In this document: in pieces, positions 39,401 through 50,313 of the stretch
Layout: every line of letters begins with the position of its first letter
How positions within the stretch are numbered: position 1 is the stretch's first letter
Assembly: GCA_963786375.1 (NCBI GenBank)
Contig: CAWAYP010000013.1
Location: forward strand, 15,479-79,478
DNA: 64,000 nt
Direction of reading: 5' to 3'
Source of the DNA: an uncultured Verrucomicrobiae bacterium
Lineage (GTDB): Bacteria; Verrucomicrobiota; Verrucomicrobiia; Limisphaerales; UBA11358
Notes under the pieces: model-generated
What the model was told of the DNA's origin: nothing
Database searches by the model: none
What the model saw: the letters and a program-made list of their open reading frames with translations, nothing else
Translations under genes and position numbers: made by a program

Positions 39401-42400
39401 GACTGGCAGACTGTCGGTGACCACCACGGCGCTGGCGCTGGAGGGACCGAAGTTGGTTACCGAGATCGTGTAAACCAGGTTGCTGGCGGCCAGGACATTG
39501 GCTGGACCCGTCTTGCCAATGGCCACATCGGCGACCGGGGTGACGGTGGTGATGACCGGCGGGGTCAGGTTGTTCGTCAGGTTGGGATCACCGGTGGGTG
39601 TGCTGACGGTGGCCACGTTGCTCAAGGAACCACTGGCCGGGGCCGTGACTGTGACGGTGACATTGCTGGTCTGGCCATTGGTCAGCATGCCCAGACTCCA
39701 GTTGACCACACCGCTGTTGTTGATGCCACCGCCCGAGGCGCTGACAAAGGTGACGGTGACTGGCAGACTGTCGGTGACCACCACGGCGCTGGCGCTGGAG
39801 GGACCGAAGTTGGTTACCGAGATCGTGTAAACCAGATTACTTGCCGCAAAGACTGACGCTGGACCCGTCTTGCCAATGGCCACATCGGCGACCGGGGTGA
39901 CGGTGGTGATGACCGGCGGGGTCAGGTTGTTCGTCAGGTTGGGATCACCGGTGGGTGTGCTGACGGTGGCCACGTTGCTCAAGGAACCACTGGCCGGGGC
40001 CGTGACTGTGACGGTGACATTGCTGGTCTGGCCATTGGTCAGCGTGCCCAGACTCCAGTTGACCACACCGCTGTTGTTCAAGCCACCGCCCGAGGCGCTG
40101 ACAAAGGTGACGGTGACTGGCAGACTGTCGGTGACCACCACGGCGCTGGCGCTGGAGGGACCGAAGTTGGTTACTGAGATCGTGTAAACCAGATTACTTG
40201 CCGCAAAGACTGACGCTGGACCCGTCTTGCCAATGGCCACATCGGCGACCGGGGTGACGGTGGTCAATACTGGAGAGCTGGTGTTATTGCCTAAATTTGC
40301 ATCGGCGGTGGTTGAAGTGACGACAGCAATGTTGGTCACTATACCAGCGGCTGGCGCTTTAACCGTGACGGTGACATTGCTGGTCTGGCCATTGGCCAGC
40401 GTGCCCAGACTCCAGTTGACCACACCGCTGTTGTTGATGCCACCACCCGAGGCGCTGACAAAGGTTACTCCCGTCGGCAAGGCGTCCGTCACCACCACGG
40501 CGCTGGCGCTGGAGGGACCGAAGTTGGTTACTGAAATCGTGTAAACCAGATTACTTGCCGCAAAGACTGACGCTGAACCCGTCTTGCCAATGGCCACATC
40601 GGCGACCGGGGTCACACTGGTCAATACTGGAGAGCTGGTGTTATTGCCTAAATTTGCATCGGCGGTGGTTGAAGTGACGACAGCAATGTTGGTCACTATA
40701 CCAGCGGCTGGCGCTTTAACCGTGACGGTGACATTGCTGGTCTGGCCATTGGTCAGGATGCCCAGACTCCAGTTGACCACACCGCTGTTGTTCAACCCAC
40801 CGCCCGAGGCACTGACAAAGGTTACTCCCGTCGGCAAGGCGTCCGTCACCACCACGGCGCTGGCGCTGGAGGGACCGAAGTTGGTTACTGAAATCGTGTA
40901 AACCAGATTACTTGCCGCAAAGACTGACGCTGGACCCGTCTTGCCAATGGCCACATCGGCGACCGGGGTGACGGTGGTGATGACCGGCGGGGTCAGGTTG
41001 TTCGTCAGGTTGGGATCACCGGTGGGTGTGCTGACGGTGGCCACGTTGCTCAAGGAACCACTGGCCGGGGCCGTGACTGTGACGGTGACATTGCTGGTCT
41101 GGCCATTGGTCAGCGTGCCCAGACTCCAGTTGACCACACCGCTGTTGTTGATGCCACCGCCCGAGGCGCTGACAAAGGTGACGGTGACTGGCAGACTGTC
41201 GGTGACCACCACGGCGCTGGCGCTGGAGGGACCGAAGTTGGTTACTGAGATCGTGTAAACCAGATTACTTGCCGCAAAGACTGACGCTGGACCCGTCTTG
41301 CCAATGGCCACATCGGCGACCGGGGTGACGGTGGTGATGACCGGCGGGGTCAGGTTGTTCGTCAGGTTGGGATCACCGGTGGGTGTGCTGACGGTGGCCA
41401 CGTTGCTCAAGGAACCACTGGCCGGGGCCGTGACTGTGACGGTGACATTGCTGGTCTGGCCATTGGTCAGCGTGCCCAGACTCCAGTTGACCACACCGCT
41501 GTTGTTGATGCCACCGCCCGAGGCGCTGACAAAGGTTACTCCCGTCGGCAAGGCGTCCGTCACCACCACGGCGCTGGCGCTGGAGGGACCGAAGTTGGTT
41601 ACTGAGATCGTGTAAACCAGATTACTTGCCGCAAAGACTGACGCTGAACCTGTCTTGCCAATGGCCACATCGGCGACCGGGGTGACGGTGGTGATGACCG
41701 GCGGGGTCAGGTTGTTCGTCAGGTTGGGATCACCGGTGGGTGTGCTGACGGTGGCCACGTTGCTCAAGGAACCACTGGCCGGGGCCGTGACTGTGACGGT
41801 GACATTGCTGGTCTGGCCATTGGTCAGGATGCCCAGACTCCAGTTGACCACACCGCTGTTGTTCAACCCACCGCCCGAGGCGCTGACAAAGGTGACGGTG
41901 ACTGGCAGACTGTCGGTGACCACCACGGCGCTGGCGCTGGAGGGACCGAAGTTGGTTACTGAGATCGTGTAAACCAGATTACTTGCCGCAAAGACTGACG
42001 CTGGACCCGTCTTGCCAATGGCCACATCGGCGACCGGGGTGACGGTGGTGATGACCGGCGGGGTCAGGTTGTTCGTCAGGTTGGGATCACCGGTGGGTGT
42101 GCTGACGGTGGCCACGTTGCTCAAGGAACCACTGGCCGGGGCCGTGACTGTGACGGTGACATTGCTGGTCTGGCCATTGGTCAGCGTGCCCAGACTCCAG
42201 TTGACCACACCGCTGTTGTTCAACCCACCGCCCGAGGCACTGACAAAGGTTACTCCCGTCGGCAAGGCGTCCGTCACCACCACGGCGCTGGCGCTGGAGG
42301 GACCGAAGTTGGTTACCGAGATCGTGTAAACCAGGTTGCTGGCGGCCAGGACATTGGCTGGACCCGTCTTGCCAATGGCCACATCGGCGACCGGGGTGAC

Positions 42401-45400
42401 GGTGGTGATGACCGGCGGGGTCAGGTTGTTCGTCAGGTTGGGATCACCGGTGGGTGTGCTGACGGTGGCCACGTTGCTCAAGGAACCACTGGCCGGGGCC
42501 GTGACTGTGACGGTGACATTGCTGGTCTGGCCATTGGTCAGGATGCCCAGACTCCAGTTGACCACACCGCTGTTGTTCAACCCACCGCCCGAGGCACTGA
42601 CAAAGGTTACTCCCGTCGGCAAGGCGTCCGTCACCACCACGGCGCTGGCGCTGGAGGGACCGAAGTTGGTTACCGAGATCGTGTAAACCAGGTTGCTGGC
42701 GGCCAGGACATTGGCTGGACCCGTCTTGCCAATGGCCACATCGGCGACCGGGGTGACGGTGGTGATGACCGGCGGGGTCAGGTTGTTCGTCAGGTTGGGA
42801 TCACCGGTGGGTGTGCTGACGGTGGCCACGTTGCTCAAGGAACCACTGGCCGGGGCCGTGACTGTGACGGTGACATTGCTGGTCTGGCCATTGGTCAGCG
42901 TGCCCAGACTCCAGTTGACCACACCGCTGTTGTTGATGCCACCGCCCGAGGCGCTGACAAAGGTGACGGTGACTGGCAGACTGTCGGTGACCACCACGGC
43001 GCTGGCGCTGGAGGGACCGAAGTTGGTTACCGAGATCGTGTAAACCAGGTTGCTGGCGGCCAGGACATTGGCTGGACCCGTCTTGCCAATGGCCACATCG
43101 GCGACCGGGGTGACGGTGGTGATGACCGGCGGGGTCAGGTTGTTCGTCAGGTTGGGATCACCGGTGGGTGTGCTGACGGTGGCCACGTTGCTCAAGGAAC
43201 CACTGGCCGGGGCCGTGACTGTGACGGTGACATTGCTGGTCTGGCCATTGGTCAGCGTGCCCAGACTCCAGTTGACCACACCGCTGTTGTTGATGCCACC
43301 GCCCGAGGCGCTGACAAAGGTGACGGTGACTGGCAGACTGTCGGTGACCACCACGGCGCTGGCGCTGGAGGGACCGAAGTTGGTTACTGAGATCGTGTAA
43401 ACCAGATTACTTGCCGCAAAGACTGACGCTGGACCCGTCTTGCCAATGGCCACATCGGCGACCGGGGTGACGGTGGTGATGACCGGCGGGGTCAGGTTGT
43501 TCGTCAGGTTGGGATCACCGGTGGGTGTGCTGACGGTGGCCACGTTGCTCAAGGAACCACTGGCCGGGGCCGTGACTGTGACGGTGACATTGCTGGTCTG
43601 GCCATTGGTCAGCGTGCCCAGACTCCAGTTGACCACACCGCTGTTGTTGATGCCACCGCCCGAGGCGCTGACAAAGGTTACTCCCGTCGGCAAGGCGTCC
43701 GTCACCACCACGGCGCTGGCGCTGGAGGGACCGAAGTTGGTCACTGAAATCGTGTAAACCAGATTACTTGCCGCAAAGACTGACGCTGAACCTGTCTTGC
43801 CAATGGCCACGTCTGCTGCCGGGGTCACGCTCGTCACCACTGGAGAACTGGTGTTATTAGCCGAATTAGGATCGGCTGTGGTTGAAGTCACGGTAGCGAT
43901 GTTCGTAACGACTCCGGCAACCGGGGCCTTCACCGTTATCGTCACGTTCGTCGCATTGCCGCTGGCCAAGGTTCCCAAAACCCAGTTAGCAACTCCGGCG
44001 TTGGTTATCCCGCCGCCGCTTGCGCTTACGAACACGACGTTGGTCGGCAAAACGTCGCTGGCCACGACATTAGTCGCCGCCGCCGGTCCGGAGTTTGTCA
44101 CTGTGATCGTGTAACTGAAATTCGCCCCCCCAAAGACATTGGTCGGCCCGGTTTTGGTCACGCCAAGGTCCGCTGACGATGCCAGGGTGGTCACCACGGA
44201 AATAACGGATGGGCTGGTGTTGTTGACTGAATTAGTATCGAGGGTTGTCGTACTTACCCCGGCGATGTTGGTGAGAAAGCCGCTGGCCGGAGCCTTGACG
44301 ATTACGGTCAGGTTGCTCACTTGCCCTGGACTCAACGTGCCCAAAGACCAACCGAGCGCACCAGCATTGTAGCTGCTATAGGCCGGGGCGCAGCTGACAA
44401 AGGTCCCGGTGGTGGGCAAAACATCCGCTACCACGATTCCAGCAGCCGGTGACGGGCCGAGGTTGGTGACGGTAATCGTGTAGGTTAGATTACTATTGGC
44501 AATGACGGTAGCCGGTCCAGTCTTGCCCACCGCCATGTCCGCAATCGGGGTTATGGTTGTCCCAACCGGTGCACTCGTATTATTGGCGGGGTTGGAGTCG
44601 GGGGTGCTCGACGTGACGGTTGCCACGTTCGTAACGTTGCCGCCGGTCGGCGCAGTAACCGTCAAAGTCAGAGTGGTTCCCACGCCCGGTGACAAACTGG
44701 TCAACGCCCAACTGACCACGCCGGCATTATTTGTGCCGCCACCACTCGCGCTGACAAACGTTACGTTCGTTGGCAAAACGTCGCTGGGGACAACGTTGCT
44801 CGCTATCCCCAATCCAGAATTTGTGATGGTAAGCGTGTAGGTGTAATTCGTCCCGGCATACACATTGGCCGGCCCGGTCTTGATAATGCCCACGTCCGGG
44901 ATCGCCAGCGCGAGGTCCACATCCGAAGCGGTGTTGTTCGTCAGAATGGGATCCGTGACACCCGCTGGAACGTACCCGGTAACGGAATTGGTGAACAAAC
45001 CGGTCACATTGCTTAAAACTGTCGCCGTTAGAGTCAGTGTCGCGCTGTCGCCGGCCGACAAGTTCAAACCATTCCAAACACCGTTGGCGGCATTATAATA
45101 TCCCACGCTCGGCGCCAAAACGAGATTGGTCAGGAAAACCGAAAAAGAATTGCTGAGGGTGAGACTTGTGAGGGTGCTCGGCCCAAGATTGATGGCCGTG
45201 ATGGTGTAGGTGAGGGTTTGGTCCTGATATGCACTGGTTACGCCGTCGCTGATGGTCATGGCCAAATCCGCCACTTGTACAACAGAATTTGAAGCCGTCG
45301 CCGAATTATTGTTGGTAACGGTGTCGGTGACTCCCGTCGGCGGCGTGACGGTAACGGATGAAAGGATGTTGCCCGAGGCGGTGTTTGGTGAAACCTGGCC

Positions 45401-47665
45401 GGAAATGGTCAAGGTCACCACGCCGTTGGATGGCAGACTGATGCCCGACCAGACGCCGGTGAACGGGTTATAGGTGCCGATGCTCGGAGTGTAAACCGGT
45501 GACAAAATGGAAGCCGACAACGGCAATGAGAGCGTGATGAAATTTGTAACGATGCTGACCGCATTTGGCCCATTGTTCGTCACGTTGACGATGTAACTAA
45601 TGGGTGCTCCGGCGGCGACGGGGTTGGGGTTGCCGACCATGGCGACGGCCAGGTCGGAATAAACCGGCGCGACATTGGCGCCGGCATTTTGCGCGGTTGT
45701 CGGGTCAGTGCCGTTCGCATAAATCGTTGCGGTGTTGTTGATTTGCGTCGGGGGATTTGTGGAGATTTTGACCTGAAAGGTGACGATCGCCGAAGCGCCC
45801 ACATTGATAACACCCGCCGGGCTGCCCGGCCCGTTAATTTCCGTTGCCACCGTGTAAGGCATGTTTGTCCCGCCGAGATCGGGAACGCTCGTTCCATTCA
45901 GCTTGGTTGTGTTGGTGACATAAGTTACGCCCGCGGGTATCTGGTCAATCAAAGTCGTACCGACGGTGTTCGTCGCTCCGTTGTTCGGGACGTTGATGGT
46001 GTAAGTCAATGCCGCGCCCGGAATTATATTGGTGAGACTCGACACCTTGTTGACGTTCAAAAGTGGCGCCAGGGTTTGCACATTGCCGTTCACCAGCGTC
46101 CCGTTGATGATCGGGCTTTGGGCACAAGCTCCGGCATATTGAAAAGTGATCGTGGCAGCCGTGATGAACTGGGCTGAGGGGGGGATTTGATCAACCAGAA
46201 CCTGATAAGTGATTGTGAGATTGGAAGCTTGTTTGATGATGGGAATGGGCACGCCGTTTACCGGATTTGCCCCCGCCACCACCACGCCGTTGGTCGTAAA
46301 CGAATTGGTGACGAAGCTCGTGCCAAACGGCAGCGGGTCGGTGAAAATCAAATTGACCGCGTCGGCGGTTCCCGAATTGGTGACGGTCACAGTGTAAGTC
46401 AAGGTGTCACCGACATAAGTGCTCGCCTTGTCCACGCTTTGGCTGCTCGTCAGCACGGGGGAGCCGACATCAATCTGGAGCGCCAGCGCGTTGACGACGT
46501 AGGCATCCTGTGACGAAGTGTTCTCTGCAAAAGCACTCGTGACGCCATTGGTCAACGCGGATGAAACATTCACGCAGGTAATATCCCAGCTTTGCCGCGC
46601 GCCGGAGATGGGTTCCGTGCCATTGGCAGCCAGTGGTGTTGAATTGCTCAAGCCAAAAGTGCCCGAAGTGTCAATCGTGCCATTGGTAAGAGTTGGCGCC
46701 CAGATGGAATAGTCCGGCTGGCAATAGTTGATCTGACTGGCAAAAAAATTGTCTGAAAGATTGTTGGGACCCGAGAGAACGGCCAGTGTATTCGTGGTCG
46801 TGCCAAACAACATCTGATCACCGGTGAGTTGCGCATCGCCTTCAACCGCGCTGACATACAGGTACCCGTTGACCGCTCCGGTCGGTGGCGAGCAAAATCC
46901 GCTCACGCCGACCGGAGGGGTTGACACGCCGGCGGCCGCAAGAGAATTGCCCACGAAGATCGTCATGTTTCGCTGGTGCAACGAGGAATTCCCATACGCC
47001 ACCGCCAAAGTCCAGCCGCAGGCGTTGTTGTTGTTATCGAGTGGCGCCACAGTCGCCGGCACACCGCCCACGGAATATGTCCCGGCCCCGCCGGCCTGCA
47101 CCAGTGCGGTCACGTTGGCTGAGCGGATATAAAAAACCGCCGTTGTGCCGTTTGTGACCAGATTTGCCGTGGCTGGATCAGGTGCCACATAGTTCGTCGT
47201 GCCGTTCGGCAGGACGAATCGGACCGTGTTGGTCAGGTTGATATAGTTAAGAATATTGCTGGGCGAATTCAGGGGGGCGGCGCCAAGAAGCGCCGAACCC
47301 GACCAGATCAATTCGGCGTAGAGCACCGAGCTGTTCGTCGGCATCCGCAGCACCGCCGCCGAGGAATTATTCGACCAGTTCAGTGTCGTCCCAGGTCCAA
47401 AAGTGCCCCCGGTCAAGCTGGTGTTCAGTGTGATAAAGGCTCCGATTGAGCCAACATTGCCAGGGCCATTCACATTGTTCGCCTTGTTCAACCCCAGCGT
47501 GTTGCCGGTGAACGTCACGGCGCCGGCAGCCGTGTTGCCATAGCGCAGCAGATAATTTTGCGCTACCGCTTGCCAATTCCAAGCCAGCAGGGAAAAAATT
47601 AAAAAAATTCCCCAGCCCCGCTGCCAAAAAGACGAACGGTTCAGCTTATAACACCGCGTACTCAT
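36426..47665 (-). pseudogene. giant DUF11-repeat surface adhesin (~3,746 codons) split into two ORFs by one 1-nt deletion
   Basis: ORFs 38612..47665 and 36426..38639. Signal/TM segment WGIFLIFSLLAWNWQAVAQN. Roughly 25-30 repeats of the type TYTITVTNxGPSxAxxVVVxDxLPxxVxFVSAS. The first ORF's tail VCQSPSPLSAPRAVASTTAVW... is the repeat read out of frame. Confidence 0.85.
37372..43796 (-). repeat. 18 tandem near-identical 357-bp (119-codon) units
   Basis: Unit phase was taken from the recurring cttgccaatggccacatcggcgacc motif at 37729, 38086, 38443, 38799, 39156, ... 43797. All spacings are 357 except 38443->38799, which is 356. Confidence 0.95.
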
Positions 47666-47672
47666 GGTTAAT

Positions 47673-47696
47673 TAGGGACAACTTTAGGGACAACTT
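47673..47696 (-). repeat. perfect tandem 12-mer (AAGTTGTCCCTA x2 on the coding strand), 8 nt upstream of the adhesin ATG
   Basis: On the plus strand this reads tagggacaactt tagggacaactt. Confidence 0.9.
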
Positions 47697-47716
47697 ACGA
47701 CTTAAAGACACCATGT

Positions 47717-47733
47717 TTGCAGTTCTTGTGCCG
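47717..47733 (-). promoter_or_regulatory. candidate sigma-54 (-24/-12) promoter of the adhesin operon
   Basis: The minus strand reads cGGCACaagaacTGCAa: GG-N10-GC spacing, GGCAC at -24 and TGCA at -12. It lies about 50 nt upstream of the ATG. Confidence 0.45.
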
Positions 47734-48147
47734 AAGGCGGGAGCAGCGGGACAATAATATTCACTCACAAGCTATTAGTAGGTTATTCGCAGCCTGCACA
47801 AGGCGACGCTATCAAAACCCGGGTATCAGACAAGCGGTTTTGTTCCAAAAAAAGACAGCCCGGATTGTCCAAAAGCGAGTGTATTTTCTTGCGGATCGCT
47901 TCGTCTAAAGCCTCTGAATTTCTGGCCGTGTATCAGTTTGAAAGCAGCCGCCAGAGAAGGACCATGGCTTTAAAACCGTTTTCAGCATCTGCAAAGATTC
48001 ATCAAAACTTTCGGCCAATTGCATCAATTCAGGGGATGGCGGAAGTGATTTTAAAATGGTTCCCGCGTCCCGATGATGGTAAATTAAAACCATCTACCAC
48101 CGCAGCCCGGTTCGGCGCCGTTGGACGAATGCCCAAGGGACAATAAC

Positions 48148-48984
48148 ATGAAAAATAATTTGGACTTGATGAGTTTATATTGGACAACCGCAGGGGTATT
48201 TCCTGGTCGTGGTGAAATCAGCCGATTTGATTTTAAGGACAGGGTACAGGCTGCTGCCGGGGCTGGTTTTAAAGGTATTGGGATTTGGTATGCGGATCTG
48301 GAGCATATACTCCAGCACAGAACACTCAAGGAAATGAAAAGGATACTTGACGATAATGGCATGAAACACATCGAACTCGAGTTTCTCACCGACTGGTTTC
48401 TGGATGGTGCAAGGAAGGCCGAATCGGACAGCCGCAAGAAAAGATTGTTTGAAGCGTCGGAAGCTTTACACGCAAAACATATCAAAGCAGGGGACTTTTA
48501 CAACACAACCTGTCCCATGCCCCGCATCATTGAGGCCTTTGCGGCACTATGCAAAGAGGCGGAGAATTACGGCGCAACAATCGGTTTTGAAATCATGGGG
48601 TGCGCGATGATTGACAACCTCAAGGACGCATTAACGATGGTAAAAAAGGCAGGAGCTGACAATGGCGGTCTGATCATCGACGTTTATCAGGTCGCTAATC
48701 TTGGGATGACATATCAGGAAATAAACAGCGTCCCCCTGAAGTTTTTGACGAGTGTCGAACTTAACAATGGCACTCTTCCTGGAAGCCCCAATCATGACCC
48801 ATCCAACCGAAGATACTGCGGAGAAGGTGAGTACGACATCAAGGGTTTTATCAATTGTGTGAAGAACATGGGTTATGTTGGTCCTTGGGGGGTCGAAGTC
48901 ATATCGGAAAAACTGGCAATCCTACCGTTGAAGGAGTTGAGCACAAGAGCGTTTAACACCACCATGGCTGAATTCGCTGATTAA
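48148..48984 (+). CDS. sugar phosphate isomerase/epimerase (xylose-isomerase-like TIM barrel)
   Basis: 278 aa with the overall AP-endonuclease-2/TIM pattern (GFKGIGIWYADLE..., HIELEFL, IGFEIMG, IIDVYQ, VEVIS). Confidence 0.7.
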   Translation: MKNNLDLMSLYWTTAGVFPGRGEISRFDFKDRVQAAAGAGFKGIGIWYADLEHILQHRTLKEMKRILDDNGMKHIELEFLTDWFLDGARKAESDSRKKRLFEASEALHAKHIKAGDFYNTTCPMPRIIEAFAALCKEAENYGATIGFEIMGCAMIDNLKDALTMVKKAGADNGGLIIDVYQVANLGMTYQEINSVPLKFLTSVELNNGTLPGSPNHDPSNRRYCGEGEYDIKGFINCVKNMGYVGPWGVEVISEKLAILPLKELSTRAFNTTMAEFAD

Positions 48985-48998
48985 TAACATCATGGTCG

Positions 48999-49538
48999 TC
49001 AATGATTTCCGATGGCGAGCGAGAAGCTGGGTTGGAATGTGCCGCTCGCTTCATTTGAATACGGACTTTCCATGCCCGAGGGGTCGTATGCCGTCGCCGC
49101 AAAATAATAGGTCGTCCCTTTGGCCAAATTGGAGATGGTTGCCGTCGTTGTCGGGCCAACATTAACCGCATAGGTGTAGGTATGGCTGGCCACGCCATAA
49201 TAAAGCTTGTAGCCAACGACGGCAGGGTCAGTGCTTGGCTGCCAGGCCAGAATGGCCGAGGCCGTGAGATTGCTGCAAACGCCGCGGATGAAAACCGCCG
49301 GCAGGTTGGTGAAGGAAAGGTTGGTTGACCCCGAAAAAGTGCCAAGCGTCTGCCAGGTTGAAAACGACAGGTTGGTGGTGAACTGCAAGGTGATGAGATT
49401 GGTGATGCCAGCGGTTACGTTTTTGGTGATGATCATGGGGGATTGGATAACGGCGGAGCTTGCCACCGTCGGTTTCACACTCAGAAGAATCGCGCTGCTC
49501 CACAATCCTATCTTGATAATTTTTAACAAGGTTTTCAT
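48999..49538 (-). CDS. secreted fibronectin type III domain protein
   Basis: Has a signal peptide. LAWQPSTDPAVVGYKLYYGVASHTYTYAVNVGPTTTATISNLAKGTTYYFAATAYD. Confidence 0.7.
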   Translation of the reverse strand: MKTLLKIIKIGLWSSAILLSVKPTVASSAVIQSPMIITKNVTAGITNLITLQFTTNLSFSTWQTLGTFSGSTNLSFTNLPAVFIRGVCSNLTASAILAWQPSTDPAVVGYKLYYGVASHTYTYAVNVGPTTTATISNLAKGTTYYFAATAYDPSGMESPYSNEASGTFQPSFSLAIGNH

Positions 49539-50313
49539 GAACGGATTAATTCGCCATCAAATGGGTTTCAAGTGCGACGACCGGGTTCTCACCTGGCATC
49601 GGCTGTTTTTGCTGCGGTTTGTAATCACTGCTTGAGCCTTCTGGTGCCACAGGAATCCTTGCGTTGAGATTCGTCACGGTTTGCCGGCTTTTAATTTTTT
49701 GCCGCAACTTTTCTTCGGGCAACGGACGTGGTTTGGTTGCGTGATAATGTTGTGCTCCTCATTTCGCTCCCTTCAGTCGCAAACGTTCTCATGTCATCTA
49801 AATCAATTTTGAATTCATGCGCCTTGTCTCCACGGTCCTTGAGCGAGTGATTCGTTCACACAAGCCGTCATTCGATTGCGCGTTTTACCCTTGGCAAGTT
49901 CCATGCCTCCCTTGAAAACGGGGCCACCCGTTGATTTCCAAGACAATCGGAATTATAGCCGACCGAGGAGTGGTGCGTTCCGAATCATCTGTGGAACCGG
50001 TGGAACCACCTCGCCGGGGGGTGAGACGTGGAAGAGTGATCGTGGCGATTTTCGCCGGCAGATGAAAATGTTTTGCCACGGCCAAGACAAGATACGGCCA
50101 TGGAGATTGCCCGGAGAAATTCGCCGGCAGAATTTTTCTGAAAATTCCGAGCTGCGTTAAAAATCCTGCCGGGAGGCCCTGGCATAGTTTCCCGGGTTGT
50201 TGAGCGGGTTTTCTGAGCGGCCTCCGGAGAGGCCGCTCAATAATGGTGTGGGCAATTTTCCCGCCCCGCCACCTCCTTGCCCCTGTGAAATAATTTAAAA
50301 CCGATACCGGATC

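Noticed and set aside
37372-43796. Regular repeat array considered as a CRISPR locus
   Set aside because: The period is 357 bp with no unique spacers. The units are contiguous, coding and translate into a known repeat domain.
37348-44114. Series of 105-116-aa plus-strand ORFs recurring every 357 bp
   Set aside because: They are the antisense reading of the DUF11 repeats of the minus-strand adhesin. Their periodicity simply mirrors the repeat, and the sense strand has a clear domain signature.
49630-49649. Sigma-54-like motif upstream of the FN3 gene (minus strand TGGCACcagaagGCT)
   Set aside because: The GG-to-GC spacing is one nucleotide short of the canonical GG-N10-GC, and the -12 element lacks TTGC.
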